DNA of 64,000 nt from Octopus vulgaris (Eukaryota): assembly GCA_951406725.2 (NCBI GenBank), contig OX597828.1:76942001-77006000 (forward strand). The letters run 5' to 3'. Shown one piece after another: positions 1 through 11,786 of the stretch. Numbering within the stretch: position 1 is the stretch's first letter; each line of letters begins with the position of its first letter. The notes under the pieces were generated by a model. That model searched no databases and was not told the DNA's origin. It saw only the letters and a list, made by a program, of their open reading frames with translations. The translations under genes were made by a program, and so were the position numbers.

Positions 1-142
1 TACGACAAACAATTAATATACCTCAACTTTAGAATAAAAGAAAAAAATATATATACACACACAAATACTACACTCCATAGAATCCATTACTAATCAGCCC
101 CTTCATAGCTATATTTACACCCATTCATATTCTCCCTTCTCT

Positions 143-421
143 GTTTTTTTCTTCTTCTTCTTCTTCATCATCATCGTTATCATCATCATCGGCGTCATCA
201 TCATCACCACCATCTTCTCCTTCTCCTTCTTCTTCTTCTTCTTCTTCTTCTTCTTCTTCTTCTTCTTCTTCTTCTTCTTCTTCTTCTTCTTCTTCTTCTT
301 CTTCTTCTTCATCATCATCGTTATCATCATCATCGTCGTCATAATCATCACCACCATCACCATCATCTTCTCCTTCTCCTTCTTCTTCTTCTTCTTCTTC
401 TTCTTCTTCTTCTTCTTCTTC
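143..421. repeat. Compound (TTC)n/(ATC)n microsatellite
   Basis: Triplet runs read directly; they generate the spurious poly-K/M ORF 115..426. Confidence 0.95.
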
Positions 422-751
422 TCCACCCCCTACCCCTTAAGTTTGTCACTAATGTTTTTTAGTATAACACCTACGCTAATTCTATAAACAATCCTGAATT
501 GAACTGAGACTGCCAGCCGCCACTGACCATTCAAAATACGACCATCAGGGCACTCCCAGATTCTCCCACCCCCTTTCCTCACCAGCCTTCCCTCTACTAC
601 CCTACCAAGAACTCACAACTACCTCGAACACACAAGTGCAAACAAGGGAGTCAGAGAAAGGCAGAATGCCACTTAAATCTGAACACTACTATAGAAATAT
701 TCTTTTAAAAAAACTTTTCTTCTAATTTTTCTAAATTTAATTATTTAATCG

Positions 752-795
752 TTACAGTTGAAAAGGTCTCAAAATGACCGAAACCGGTACTGAAA
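752..795 (+). ncRNA. Minimal type I hammerhead ribozyme (U3-A8 core variant), Penelope/retrozyme type
   Basis: ttacag-TTGAAAA(758-764)-GGTC-tcaaaat-GACC-GAAA(780-783)-CCGG-TA-ctgaaa. Helix II has 4 bp, helix III is the palindrome ACCGGT, helix I pairs 5 of 6 bp, and the cleavage triplet is GUA. Confidence 0.75.
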
Positions 796-878
796 TGTTC
801 ACTATAAAATTATTTTAGCATTTTCTATTTTTTACTTGTTTTTTCATATATATCAACTCGTGTGTTCCTTTTCACCCT

Positions 879-952
879 TATACATATATATATATATATA
901 TACCATGTATATTATGTATATATATATATATATATATACATAATATACATGG

Positions 953-992
<40 letters not shown>

Positions 993-1067
993 CCATGTAT
1001 ATTATGTATATATATATATATATATATTTTATACCATGTATATTATGTATATACATAATATACATGG

Positions 1068-1110
<43 letters not shown>

Positions 1111-1149
1111 CATGTATATTATGTATATATATATATTATATATATATAT
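879..1149. repeat. (TA)n tract with an interspersed motif (TACCATGTATATTATGTA) in both orientations
   Basis: Forward copies near 901, 991, 1032 and 1108; reverse-complement copies near 937 and 1052. The same motif recurs at 3716-3855. Confidence 0.9.
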
Positions 1150-3685
1150 GATTGATTGATTCTAGTTTCAGCTTATGAGCTGTGGCCATGCTGGGGCACC
1201 GCCATTTGGTGTTGCTACTTGGTTTCACTTCATGTGAGGCTTTCTAGCAACTGCTATTTGGTGCATGAGAGAGTTCGATGCAGCTGCCCTCATCTGCCCC
1301 TCCTGCCGTGAAGTTGGTTCATCTGGGACACCTGACAGGAAGAGATCCAGCTCCATTTTAAAGACATCTGTATCCACCCCATGCAGGTCTCTCAGGTTCA
1401 TCGGGAGGATATTGAAGAGCTGTGGGCCTCGGAAGCCCAGGCTATCACAGAATCTTGTCCTACATCTTGATGGCAAGTTTGGAGTCCTAGGCACCACGCA
1501 GTGGCGCCCAGTTCTGGCATTTGCGTAACTCTCGATGCCAAAGTTCAGGACACTTCCCTCCAGGATCTTCCAGATGTATATTATGGCATATCTTTCCCGC
1601 CTACGCTCCAGGGAATATAATTTTAATCTCTTGAGTCTTTCCCAGTAGCTTACATTCTGCATAGAGGCTATCTTCTTCGTGTAGCTTCGTTGGATCGCCT
1701 CAAGTTCTGTGATCAACTTGACACTGGATGGTGACCATAGCTGAGAGCAATAGTCAAAGTGACTTAGGACAAGTGTCTTCCAGAGGACCATCATGGTTTC
1801 TTGTTCTCTTGTCCTAAAGGTTCTAAGAATCCATCCAGCCAGCCGTCTGCATTTCATTGTCAGTTTAGCAACATGTACATGAAAGGTCGCGTCATCACTC
1901 ATGTGAATACCCAGGTCACGCACTGATTGTGCCTCTGGGATTGCAATCCCTCCGGGTCCAGTGTATTCCTTGGGTATTGCATTCAGTTTTGCATGCTGAT
2001 AGTATAAAGCTTGAAACTTTTCAGCATTGAACTGCATGCTATTCTTTTCAGCCCACTTGTATATTTCGTCCAGCTCATATTGCAGGTGCCTAGTGTCTTC
2101 AGGGTTCTGTATTGCCTGTGAAACTTTTGTATCATCTGCATAACTTGTGATCGTGGCTCTCCGCGTGGCTGAGGGCATGTCTGAGAGGGCCATTATGAAC
2201 AGTAGTGGTCCCAAAACAGTGCCCTGTGGAACACCGCTCACTATTTGCGTGCTAATGGAAGTGGCCCCATTGGCTACTACCACCTGACTTCTATTCTTCA
2301 GAAAGTCGTGAAGCCATTCTCCTAGTTTTCCAACTATGCCAAGATCACGCAGTTTGTGACATATCATTCCATGATCGACTTTATCGAAGGCCTTTGCGAA
2401 GTCGAGATATATGACTTCCACATTTGAGTGGTTGAGCAGTTGTTTCAGCACCCAGTCATAGTGCTGCAGGAGCTGAGTTAAGCAGCTTCTTCCTGGTCGG
2501 AAACCATGTTGGGTGTCAGGCAGCAAGTCATTTTCTTCAAGGAAGGTGATTAGTTTCCTTCTGACTATTCGTTCCATGACCTTGCTGATGTGTGAGGTCA
2601 GAGAGATAGGTCTGTAGTTCTTGGCCTCCGCTCTGCTACCTCCTTTATGAATAGGGCATATTTTACCTTCCTTCAGTTTTCTTCGAAGTTTGCCAGCTGC
2701 AAGGAAGCTCTGAAAGAGGAACTGCAGTGGTCTTGCTAAGACTCTCTTACATACTTTTAGGAGGATTGCCGGGAATCCATCGGGGCCAATAGCTGAGTCT
2801 ATTTTCATTTCATCTATAGCCTTTATTACATCGTCTTCCTTTATATCGATGTAATTTATCGTCGCCGCCTCTGATTCTATATCTGCAGTGGTAAAGAAGT
2901 CAGTTGGATTGCTGATTTGGAAATGCCCAAGGGGTGGAGTGAAAACACTCTTGAATTGTTCATTCAGTATTTCACTTACCCTCATTGGTTTTCCTGTGAG
3001 TGTGCCATCCTTTTCAAGGAGTGGCCCTATCCTACAGTGCACCGTAGCTGTTTCTTTGGCATACCTGTAGAAAGCTCTGGGGTTAGTTTTTATGTTGTCT
3101 ATAGCCCAGGCTTCTTTGTCTGCTCTTTCCTTCTCATGGGAGAGTTGCAGACAATTTTCAATTTCCAACAGTTTTATTTTCAGGCGGGACTTTTCACTGC
3201 TTTCAATTTGTTTGTTTAGGCGATTTGAAATTTTTGTACGCCGTCTCATTAAAATTTTTCTCTCTCTGGGGATTTTGTTCTTGTGTACAGTGGCCTTTCT
3301 CTCTGGGACACATTTGTAGCATATGGCTTGCATTACAGACATGAATTGTTGAAGTATCATGTCGATGTCCGGCGAGGAGAGACATTCAGGCCAGTTTTGT
3401 TTGAGGATCTCTTTCTCAATTTGTTTCCAGTTTGCCTTATTGAAGTTCAAGCTGGAAAGATTCTGAGGGTTTCTTGTAGGCTGCATGTCCGTGCTCTCTT
3501 TTGGCCCGTACATGGTCAGCTCTACCATGTTATGATCCGAGAGTAGTGTCGGTGTCACTTTCACATTATGGATGAGATCCATATTATTTGTGAAGCAGAG
3601 ATCCAGTGTGTTACCCGCTCTGGTTGGTTGGAGTATTACTTGCTCCATGTACAGGGTGTTGGTGAGGTTCAGGAGGGACCTCGCC
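1150..3685 (-). mobile_element. 5'-truncated LINE, CR1/L2-like group (exact clade uncertain), with (AATC)n 3' tail
   Basis: RT ORF followed by a short 3' UTR ending GGCGGTGCCCCAGCATGGCCACAGCTCATAAGCTGAAACTAGA(ATCA)n. Both ends abut (TA)n. Confidence 0.93.
1225..3648 (-). CDS. LINE ORF2: C-terminal end of the APE endonuclease plus a complete reverse transcriptase (807 aa; frame stays open to the 5' truncation at 3685)
   Basis: APE motifs PTR..NTLDLCFTN and SDHN; RT motifs GPDG, NYRPISLTS, QHGFRPGRS, YLDFAKAFDKV, GVPQGTVLGPLLF, YADD and DLGI; C-terminal LYSLERRRER. No stops or frameshifts. Confidence 0.95.
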   Translation of the reverse strand: MEQVILQPTRAGNTLDLCFTNNMDLIHNVKVTPTLLSDHNMVELTMYGPKESTDMQPTRNPQNLSSLNFNKANWKQIEKEILKQNWPECLSSPDIDMILQQFMSVMQAICYKCVPERKATVHKNKIPRERKILMRRRTKISNRLNKQIESSEKSRLKIKLLEIENCLQLSHEKERADKEAWAIDNIKTNPRAFYRYAKETATVHCRIGPLLEKDGTLTGKPMRVSEILNEQFKSVFTPPLGHFQISNPTDFFTTADIESEAATINYIDIKEDDVIKAIDEMKIDSAIGPDGFPAILLKVCKRVLARPLQFLFQSFLAAGKLRRKLKEGKICPIHKGGSRAEAKNYRPISLTSHISKVMERIVRRKLITFLEENDLLPDTQHGFRPGRSCLTQLLQHYDWVLKQLLNHSNVEVIYLDFAKAFDKVDHGMICHKLRDLGIVGKLGEWLHDFLKNRSQVVVANGATSISTQIVSGVPQGTVLGPLLFIMALSDMPSATRRATITSYADDTKVSQAIQNPEDTRHLQYELDEIYKWAEKNSMQFNAEKFQALYYQHAKLNAIPKEYTGPGGIAIPEAQSVRDLGIHMSDDATFHVHVAKLTMKCRRLAGWILRTFRTREQETMMVLWKTLVLSHFDYCSQLWSPSSVKLITELEAIQRSYTKKIASMQNVSYWERLKRLKLYSLERRRERYAIIYIWKILEGSVLNFGIESYANARTGRHCVVPRTPNLPSRCRTRFCDSLGFRGPQLFNILPMNLRDLHGVDTDVFKMELDLFLSGVPDEPTSRQEGQMRAAASNSLMHQIAVARKPHMK

Positions 3686-3717
<32 letters not shown>

Positions 3718-3798
3718 CCATGTATATTATGTATATATATATATTATATATATATATATATATAGATAGATAGATAGATAGATACATAATATACATGG

Positions 3799-3836
<38 letters not shown>

Positions 3837-3871
3837 CCATGTATATTATGTATATATATATATATATATAT
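3686..3871. repeat. (TA)n/(GATA)n tract with the same TACCATGTATATTATGTA motif as the left LINE flank
   Basis: Motif at 3716 (forward), 3783 (reverse) and 3835 (forward). Confidence 0.85.
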
Positions 3872-3959
3872 ATCAACAATCAAGGAACGGCCATAATAGG
3901 CCATTCACCCACTAGAAATAACAGCCAAAGCTTCAACCGCAAATAAAAATTAATTCCGT

Positions 3960-4553
3960 AAATTTTGTAGAATTCTTTTGCCACCAGCGGCCTAGTGGGA
4001 AAAAATTAAATAGTCATAGACCATTTTTAAGTTCAACATCAACAATCAAGGAACGGCCATAATAGGCCATTCACCCACTAGAAATAACAGCCAAAGCTTC
4101 AACCGCAAATAAAAATTAATTCCGTAAACCAGGAGAAAATTTAAAAAACATTTACCCTGTAATTTCTTATACGATATACCGTTTCATCTGCTGATTAATG
4201 GTAAACTAACCTGATTAAATTAAATCAAGCCAATCTTCCACAGGCCCTCAGATTCAGTAAGAAATATGAAGGTGGAAGATTGGCTTGATTTAATTTAATC
4301 AGGTTAGTTTACCATTAATCAGCAGATGAAACGGTATATCGTATAAGAAATTACAGGGTAAATGTTTTTTAAATTTTCTCCTGGTTTACGGAATTAATTT
4401 TTATTTGCGGTTGAAGCTTTGGCTGTTATTTCTAGTGGGTGAATGGCCTATTATGGCCGTTCCTTGATTGTTGATGTTGAACTTAAAAATGGTCTATGAC
4501 TATTTAATTTTTTCCCACTAGGCCGCTGGTGGCAAAAGAATTCTACAAAATTT
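3960..4553. repeat. Inverted repeat with 282-bp arms (3960-4241 / 4272-4553) and a 30-bp spacer, plus a 91-bp direct duplication (3872-3962 = 4038-4128)
   Basis: Arms read as reverse complements with no mismatch noticed by eye, and the end coordinates are symmetric (sum 8513). Flanked by (TA)n. Confidence 0.95.
4162..4265 (-). ncRNA. Type I hammerhead-like fold with a short deletion in the CUGANGA core
   Basis: Minus strand: atttctta-CTGA-ATCTG...CAGAT-GAAA-CGGTATATCG-TA-taagaaat. Helix I has 8 bp, helix II 5 bp and helix III is quasi-palindromic. The core lacks NGA. Confidence 0.6.
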
Positions 4554-4600
4554 TTTTTTGCCACCCTATATTGATTAATTATATATATATATATATATAT

Positions 4601-4665
4601 AACGGGAAGCTTTATGAAAATAGACAAAAGACGAAGGCAGGTGGAAAACAAACGAACAATTGTAT
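4601..4665 (-). mobile_element. Terminal fragment of the TA-flanked repeat family that carries hammerhead motifs
   Basis: acaaaagacgaaggcaggtggaaaacaaacgaac resembles the reverse complement of about 51050-51095. Confidence 0.45.
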
Positions 4666-4789
4666 ACGTAATTCTTCTATTTTCTTATACTTTTCAGCCA
4701 TGTTGCTTCGGTCATACTGGAAATTAACCGTGATTTTGCACATTTACATATCATTTTCCGTGTCTGATTTCCTCCAGTTGGCAGGATTT

Positions 4790-5545
4790 AATATCACCAT
4801 TCTTGCATGAGCTTTTTTCCTTCGGCTGTTGGCCCATTTGGTGTATGAGGGAGTTCGAGACAGCTGCCCTCATCTCTATATCATGCCGAGCCGTTGGTTC
4901 ATCCAGCATTGTGGAGAGGAGAATGTCCAGTTTCTTTTGAAGGCATCCGCGTCCACATAGTGCAGATTTCTGAGTTTTCTTGACAGGGCATTGAAGGGTT
5001 TTGGGTGTTTGAACCTTACGCTATTGCAGTACATGGCCCTGAGTTTAGATTGGGGCAGAGTGGGGCGGCGGTATCTTTAGTAGAATACCATGACATCCAT
5101 TTCGGACATTTTTATATTAGTCAATACCGATGTTAGATACTATACCTTCTAGAATTTTCCATTTGTAGATTATTGGATATCTGGCGTATATTATTAGTTC
5201 CTCTCAGTATAGTCGTAGTTCTATCAGCCTCTCCCTCTAGCTCATCTAACTGGAGTTATGCGGTGACCACAGCAGAGGGTAGCGGGCCAAGCGCTGACAA
5301 AAACGGTCCTCAGCAGGGTCAACTGAATTTCTTGATCTCTTCTCGTGAAGGACTTTATTGCACATCCTTCCAGTTCTATGCACTTTTTGCCATCATCAAA
5401 TGAGGTGCTGCATCACTACATAAACCGATTCTCAATTCTCTCACAGACTCTCACTCTGAGATTACAGCGCTTTCCGTCTGTATATTCAAGGTGGCATTGC
5501 GTTTGTGAGCTGACTGCGCAGTGCTTGACATTTTCTAACATCAAA
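4790..5545 (-). pseudogene. Old, decayed relative of the 1150-3685 LINE (RT C-terminal part)
   Basis: Co-linear similarity, e.g. gagttcgagacagctgccctcatct vs gagttcgatgcagctgccctcatct at 1271, and gttggttcatc. About 5400-5535 matches about 1880-2020. Stops and deletions present. Confidence 0.75.
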
Positions 5546-5559
5546 CTGCATGCATATTG

Positions 5560-6830
<1,271 letters not shown>

Positions 6831-7162
6831 TATAAAGCGATAGTTATGCCAATCATGCAGAAACTTGAAGATGTAAGAACAGGAAGTTTGAAATGGAAAC
6901 AAGAAGAGTTCGCTTGAGAAAATGGACAATAGTAAATCGAAGAACGTACTAAGACAATGTAATACTGTTAAGTGCAAGCTCCAATAAAGTAAAGAGGAAA
7001 CATGCTGAGAGCGAAACTAACAATTGACTTTACTTAAATACTAGAACATCTTTAGTCGAGACATTTCTATATAAGTTGTCTCAATGCAAGTAAGTGTCTG
7101 ATGTAAATAGTCCGGTAATGTTGTAATAAAAATATATGAGTAAAATGAATATATATAACTGC

Positions 7163-7326
<164 letters not shown>

Positions 7327-7399
7327 TATATAAGAGCATCAAAGTAGTGCGTTCAACTCCTGATTGGTTTGCTCTCTCATCCAATCGCTCGCTTTGCCG

Positions 7400-7900
7400 C
7401 ACTTAGACCGACGCGTTTTGATCCTCGTGACCAGGTTTCTATTTTCGTCTCTCCTCAAAGTTAGCTACATAGCTTCGGTAGCCAGCCAGAGCAATTTTCA
7501 GGCCTCTTGATCTGTTTCTTAACTCTGACCTAACAAATAATCGATCGCATTACAAGCTACATGCCTTGACGCTACGCAGTGAAGTCCACAGTGCTTACGT
7601 TTGAGGAGTTTAACTGGAACCTATCTTTCACTTTAAGCTACCTACACAGATCTGCGTGACTTTTGCATACTCTCCTTTCAATTGGATCTCCGACATAGTC
7701 CAAGCGCGCGTCCAAACTGCCGCACCAGTCGCTCACTGAGCATTAATGGGTGACATCTTTCTCAGGGTGCTCCTAGATCCCTGAAGAAATCTAGCCGTTC
7801 TGCCGAGACGACTGTTCAAGTATTATCCTTATCCCAGATCGCTGTACCTTGATAGTCAGAGCTTTGACAAAGCCGCACACACATTCTCTCCACTTGCTTA
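7400..7900 (-). pseudogene. Possible highly decayed RTE-type LINE 3' region
   Basis: Minus-strand ERLVRQFGRALG weakly resembles the RTE motif RRLRWFGHVLR; GC is higher than in the flanks. Confidence 0.25.
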
Positions 7901-9161
7901 GAGCTATCCCGAATTTGCTTACACTTTATGTTTGCCATAAAAGAAGGTGAGTAAATGTGTCGAGGAAGTCTTAGCATCGTTGTTGCGTTTCTCATTTGTG
8001 TCTTCGTGTTTTTTACGCAGTCTTCTCTGGTCAGTTTGCCCTGCTCGCTTTTCACCTATTCTTCACAAACAGAAGATAAAGAAATGCCGCAACCGTTTGT
8101 AGATGGTTTCGTTGTAGATGGTTGTAGATGGTAGCGTTTGGTTTCGATGGCAACTTTTGTAACCAATGACGCCATAAATTCCTTCCGAAGAATAGCAGCA
8201 TCCAAGCCGTATGTGTCTATGTCGAAGTCCATTTTCAGAAACCCAGAAGATCAGAAAGCAATCCCACTTTTGTCTCGTGTTCCTATGATATTTCTTTTAA
8301 ATTAAAAAGCTTTTCTAGGAAGATTGCGCATAAATGACCGCCATTTAGAACAGTTGGTCTTTCTGCTCTGAATGCTCAGTCAGAAATCCTTTTTTTCTAT
8401 ACCCGCAATACGAGACAAGAAGTGAGATTGTTTTCTGAATTTTTGGATTTCTAAAAATGGACTCATACATAGACGCCTTACGCAACCGCATGCCACTTAA
8501 ATTCACAACAGTGCAAATTAGGTACCGTCATTCTGCAACAAAGGTAATCCTAAAGTCAACGCAGTTACCGATCTATTCTGCTGTGAGCTTCGTATATATT
8601 TGCTTCAAATACTGTGACTATAGGATCGAGATACACCATTAGAATGAAGTTGACACTCAGATTTCGCTTTGCCTGTCCTCAATTATCTAAACAACACAGT
8701 GCCTTCCATATGTTCTTCCGAGCACAATGAAGATGCTCTCTCTTGACGGATTAATGGGAGCTGCCTCCAGTTGATTTTGTAAATGACAAAAGGAAGACTT
8801 CTGCGTGTTTCACGATGTACTGATTTTCTTCCATTTCTTTCGAAACTCCCAGACAACTTTTGGAGAGTTAGATATCTGCTTTTGCATGGTAATTCCGCCA
8901 TGTAGTTTGCTTTCGTCTCCGAATTGCATGACCAAAGATTCTTTCATCAAAGTTATCTTTGCAAAATACTCCACTCAGCTAACTACTGTTAGTTTCATTT
9001 GTCAAACTTGAAAGTGTCCGTATGTATGTGTGTCTATGTATGTATGTCTATGTATGTATGTATGTATGTATGTATGTGTGTCTATGTATGTATGCATGTA
9101 TGTCTCTCTGTGCGTGGGTGTGCTTCTAAATACAATGTGAAAACACATCAGCCGATAAAAA

Positions 9162-9162
<1 letters not shown>

Positions 9163-9192
<30 letters not shown>

Positions 9193-9299
9193 AAGAAGAA
9201 GAAGAAGAAGAAGAAGAAGAAGAAGAAGAAGAAGAAGAAGAAGAAGAAGAAGAAGAAGAAGAAGAAGAAGAAGAAGAAGAAGAAGAAGAAGAAGAAGAA
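9163..9299. repeat. (GAA)n microsatellite
   Basis: Pure triplet run. Confidence 0.97.
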
Positions 9300-9629
9300 T
9301 GATAATTAGATAAAAACGAAAATATAGTTGGTGGCGAATAACGAATTCGTTAAACTTATGTGATATAGTGTGAGATAAGATAAACCGCTTTCAAATCTCT
9401 ATGGATATTAAAGTAACGTTCAAAGTAATTTTTGGATAACGATAGAAAATAAATTGGAATCGTGTGTTGTTATTAGAAATATCTATCTTTAGAATCGGTG
9501 TATCTCTTTCTTAGAGAGGTTTTCGAAGTGATTATGGTGCATAAATGAGGACTGGAATGATTGGTTGGTGCAGAAGAAAATAGTTCTGCGAAAAACGGTA
9601 CTGAATATCCATCTTGCCGGCCTAATACG

Positions 9630-9699
<70 letters not shown>

Positions 9700-9904
9700 T
9701 GTGTTTATGTGCTGTTTATAGACGTATACATATAATATGTGTGTGTGTGTGTGTGAGCGCGTGCGCATTTGTCAGTGTGTTTGCATGTATATATATATAT
9801 ATATATATAGTCATGAATATTCACACATATGAAATACACACGTATACTTACATGTATACGTAGACGTGCAAGTACGCTTATATACAAAAATCATTTATTA
9901 TATA

Positions 9905-11085
9905 TTTAAGTGGAGTGAAACTTTCTTTCAGCTTCTTAGAATTCTTTTGAAACGTTTCCGTCTTCATCATTCCTTTCCATTCTTGTTTCATCCTATACTC
10001 TTTGTTGCTCTCTTTGAAAGAGTCCGTCGTCACCCAATTCTTCAATATGAATCCAATAACTCAAACATTTAATGTATCAACATCTGCAACATCGAAGACT
10101 TTCCCAATAACAGTAAATTCTTCAATTACATTATTCACAAGAATTTCAAAGCTAAATAAGTCATTATCACTTTCAGACAAAACTCTTTTTGCAGACACCA
10201 CTTGGATGTTGCTTCTTCTATTGATTAATAAATGTTTTCAATTGTACGATTAATATTAAAATTCTTACAAAATTCTTTCAAAAGCAGAAGAGCACGTTTT
10301 TCAGTCGTAACTTCAACTACTTTTGCGAAAGTTCTTCAAATAAAATATCTATTGAAAGAAGACTAACATCCTGGTTCATAGATTGTAACATTCAAGTTGT
10401 GTTTGGTTTTATATAAATAACTTTCACATTATCAATAAGTCATTTAGTGATTTGGGTTATTCAAGGGCATTATCTAGAAATAAAACCACTTTGAAACTTA
10501 GAATATTTACTGATTTAACAGTGAGACAAAAAAACAAGACATGCCTGGAATAGCTAACTTATTGTAGCCTTTTAAAGCCCCAAGATCCCAAGTTCGATAT
10601 GCATGACTGATCCCAAGTTCGATATGCAACCCATGACTGACTTCATTCTTTTCTAATGTTACGCACATATTTTTTTAGATATTTGATATGAAGTGTGCCA
10701 TGCTTGAGAATTTTTCGGAACATTTCCCTATGTATTTTTTCTTCCATTAAAGGCTGGCCTCTAAATATTCAACGTTGCTCGTAAATATTTTTCTCAATTA
10801 TTTGTTGCAATCCTTCCGTATATCCAGAAGCGCCATTTTCATCTGTTCTTTGAGTTATTCTTGTTTACCAATTTCCAATCCATTTCTTAATTCAATGTTT
10901 TCAAACATTTGCTTGTAAAAAAAAAATGTTACGCTGCTCTCTTTAAAATCATTTCAAGTCGAGGAAAACTTGCAAAGAATTTATTCATGATATTAATCTT
11001 GCCATTTCTATCTGATTAGAATATTCTAACCAAATTGCTACAAGAGTTTCTAGCTCGACCATTAAAGAACATTCGTTTTAGAAAT
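9905..11085 (-). pseudogene. Decayed Tigger/pogo-family DDE transposase
   Basis: Manual minus-strand translation gives, in the expected order, MVELETLVAIWLE (CENP-B-type HTH), FKVVLFLDNA, NVKVIYIKPNTT*MLQSMNQDV (cf. FLPPNTTSLIQPMDQGV) and LDS-IEELGDDGLFQREQQR. Many stops and frameshifts. Confidence 0.8.
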
Positions 11086-11740
11086 ATTTCATACTATAAA
11101 ACTTAAAACTTTACTTAAAACACAATTGGGGGGGGGGGGTAAATACATTCCTTTTCTTCGCCGAACACTGTGTCTTTTCCAATGTTTGCTTTGATATCTC
11201 CCTCGTCTGAAGCTTTTATTAAATACGAATTAAATTCAGAGACGAAAGACATTTTCTTTATTTCATTTTCTGCAGTGATATTGTCAGTCTATTTATAGTC
11301 TTAGTTTAATATTTTGAATAATCAAGTGTAATTATGTAAAATGAATAAATAAAGGTAACATACAAAATGTGTGTTCACTGTTCTCCTTGTGGTTGTGGTT
11401 ATTATTTCTGATGATTTTGTTTTCTTCCCTACCAAGCCATGGGGCAATACATCAAAGCTGTTACATATTTGCGTTTCGTTCAGGTATATGTAGGAATACT
11501 TTAATTCGTTTAAAAAGCTATGTATGGATTTCAGGTTGATTTGACTATATTTTCTAGTAAGTATATCTACCTTATAGTAACCGAAACTATATAAAAATAA
11601 TTGGTTCTCATCACCTGATAACAATAAAGTTAGTATTAATCCATTTAATGTGGAGGGCATTAAAAATAACTACGCAGTGATGAAATAATAATAATTAATG
11701 CCTAATAATATCTAAACTCCTTCATTGAACATGGGAAACA

Positions 11741-11786
11741 ATCATTGACGTTTTTCAGTCTCATTGTGACCTCATCAGCATTGAAT
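11741..11786 (-). ncRNA. Degenerate hammerhead-like motif
   Basis: Minus strand: caatg-CTGATGA-GGTC-acaatga-GACT-GAAA-aac-GTC. Core and helix II are intact; helices I and III are imperfect. Confidence 0.4.

Noticed and set aside
1265-3546. Short + strand ORFs overlapping the LINE
   Set aside because: Antisense shadows of the RT ORF.
3872-4128. Direct repeats that might suggest a CRISPR array or LTRs
   Set aside because: Only two copies, part of a fold-back rearrangement in eukaryotic DNA; no spacer series, cas genes, TG..CA ends or PBS.
7781-7820. CTGAAGA...GAGACGACTGTT as a hammerhead
   Set aside because: No GAAA and no pairing for helix I or II.
8660-9020. Possible Tc1/mariner end
   Set aside because: Only a vague resemblance; no paired TIR or transposase motif found.
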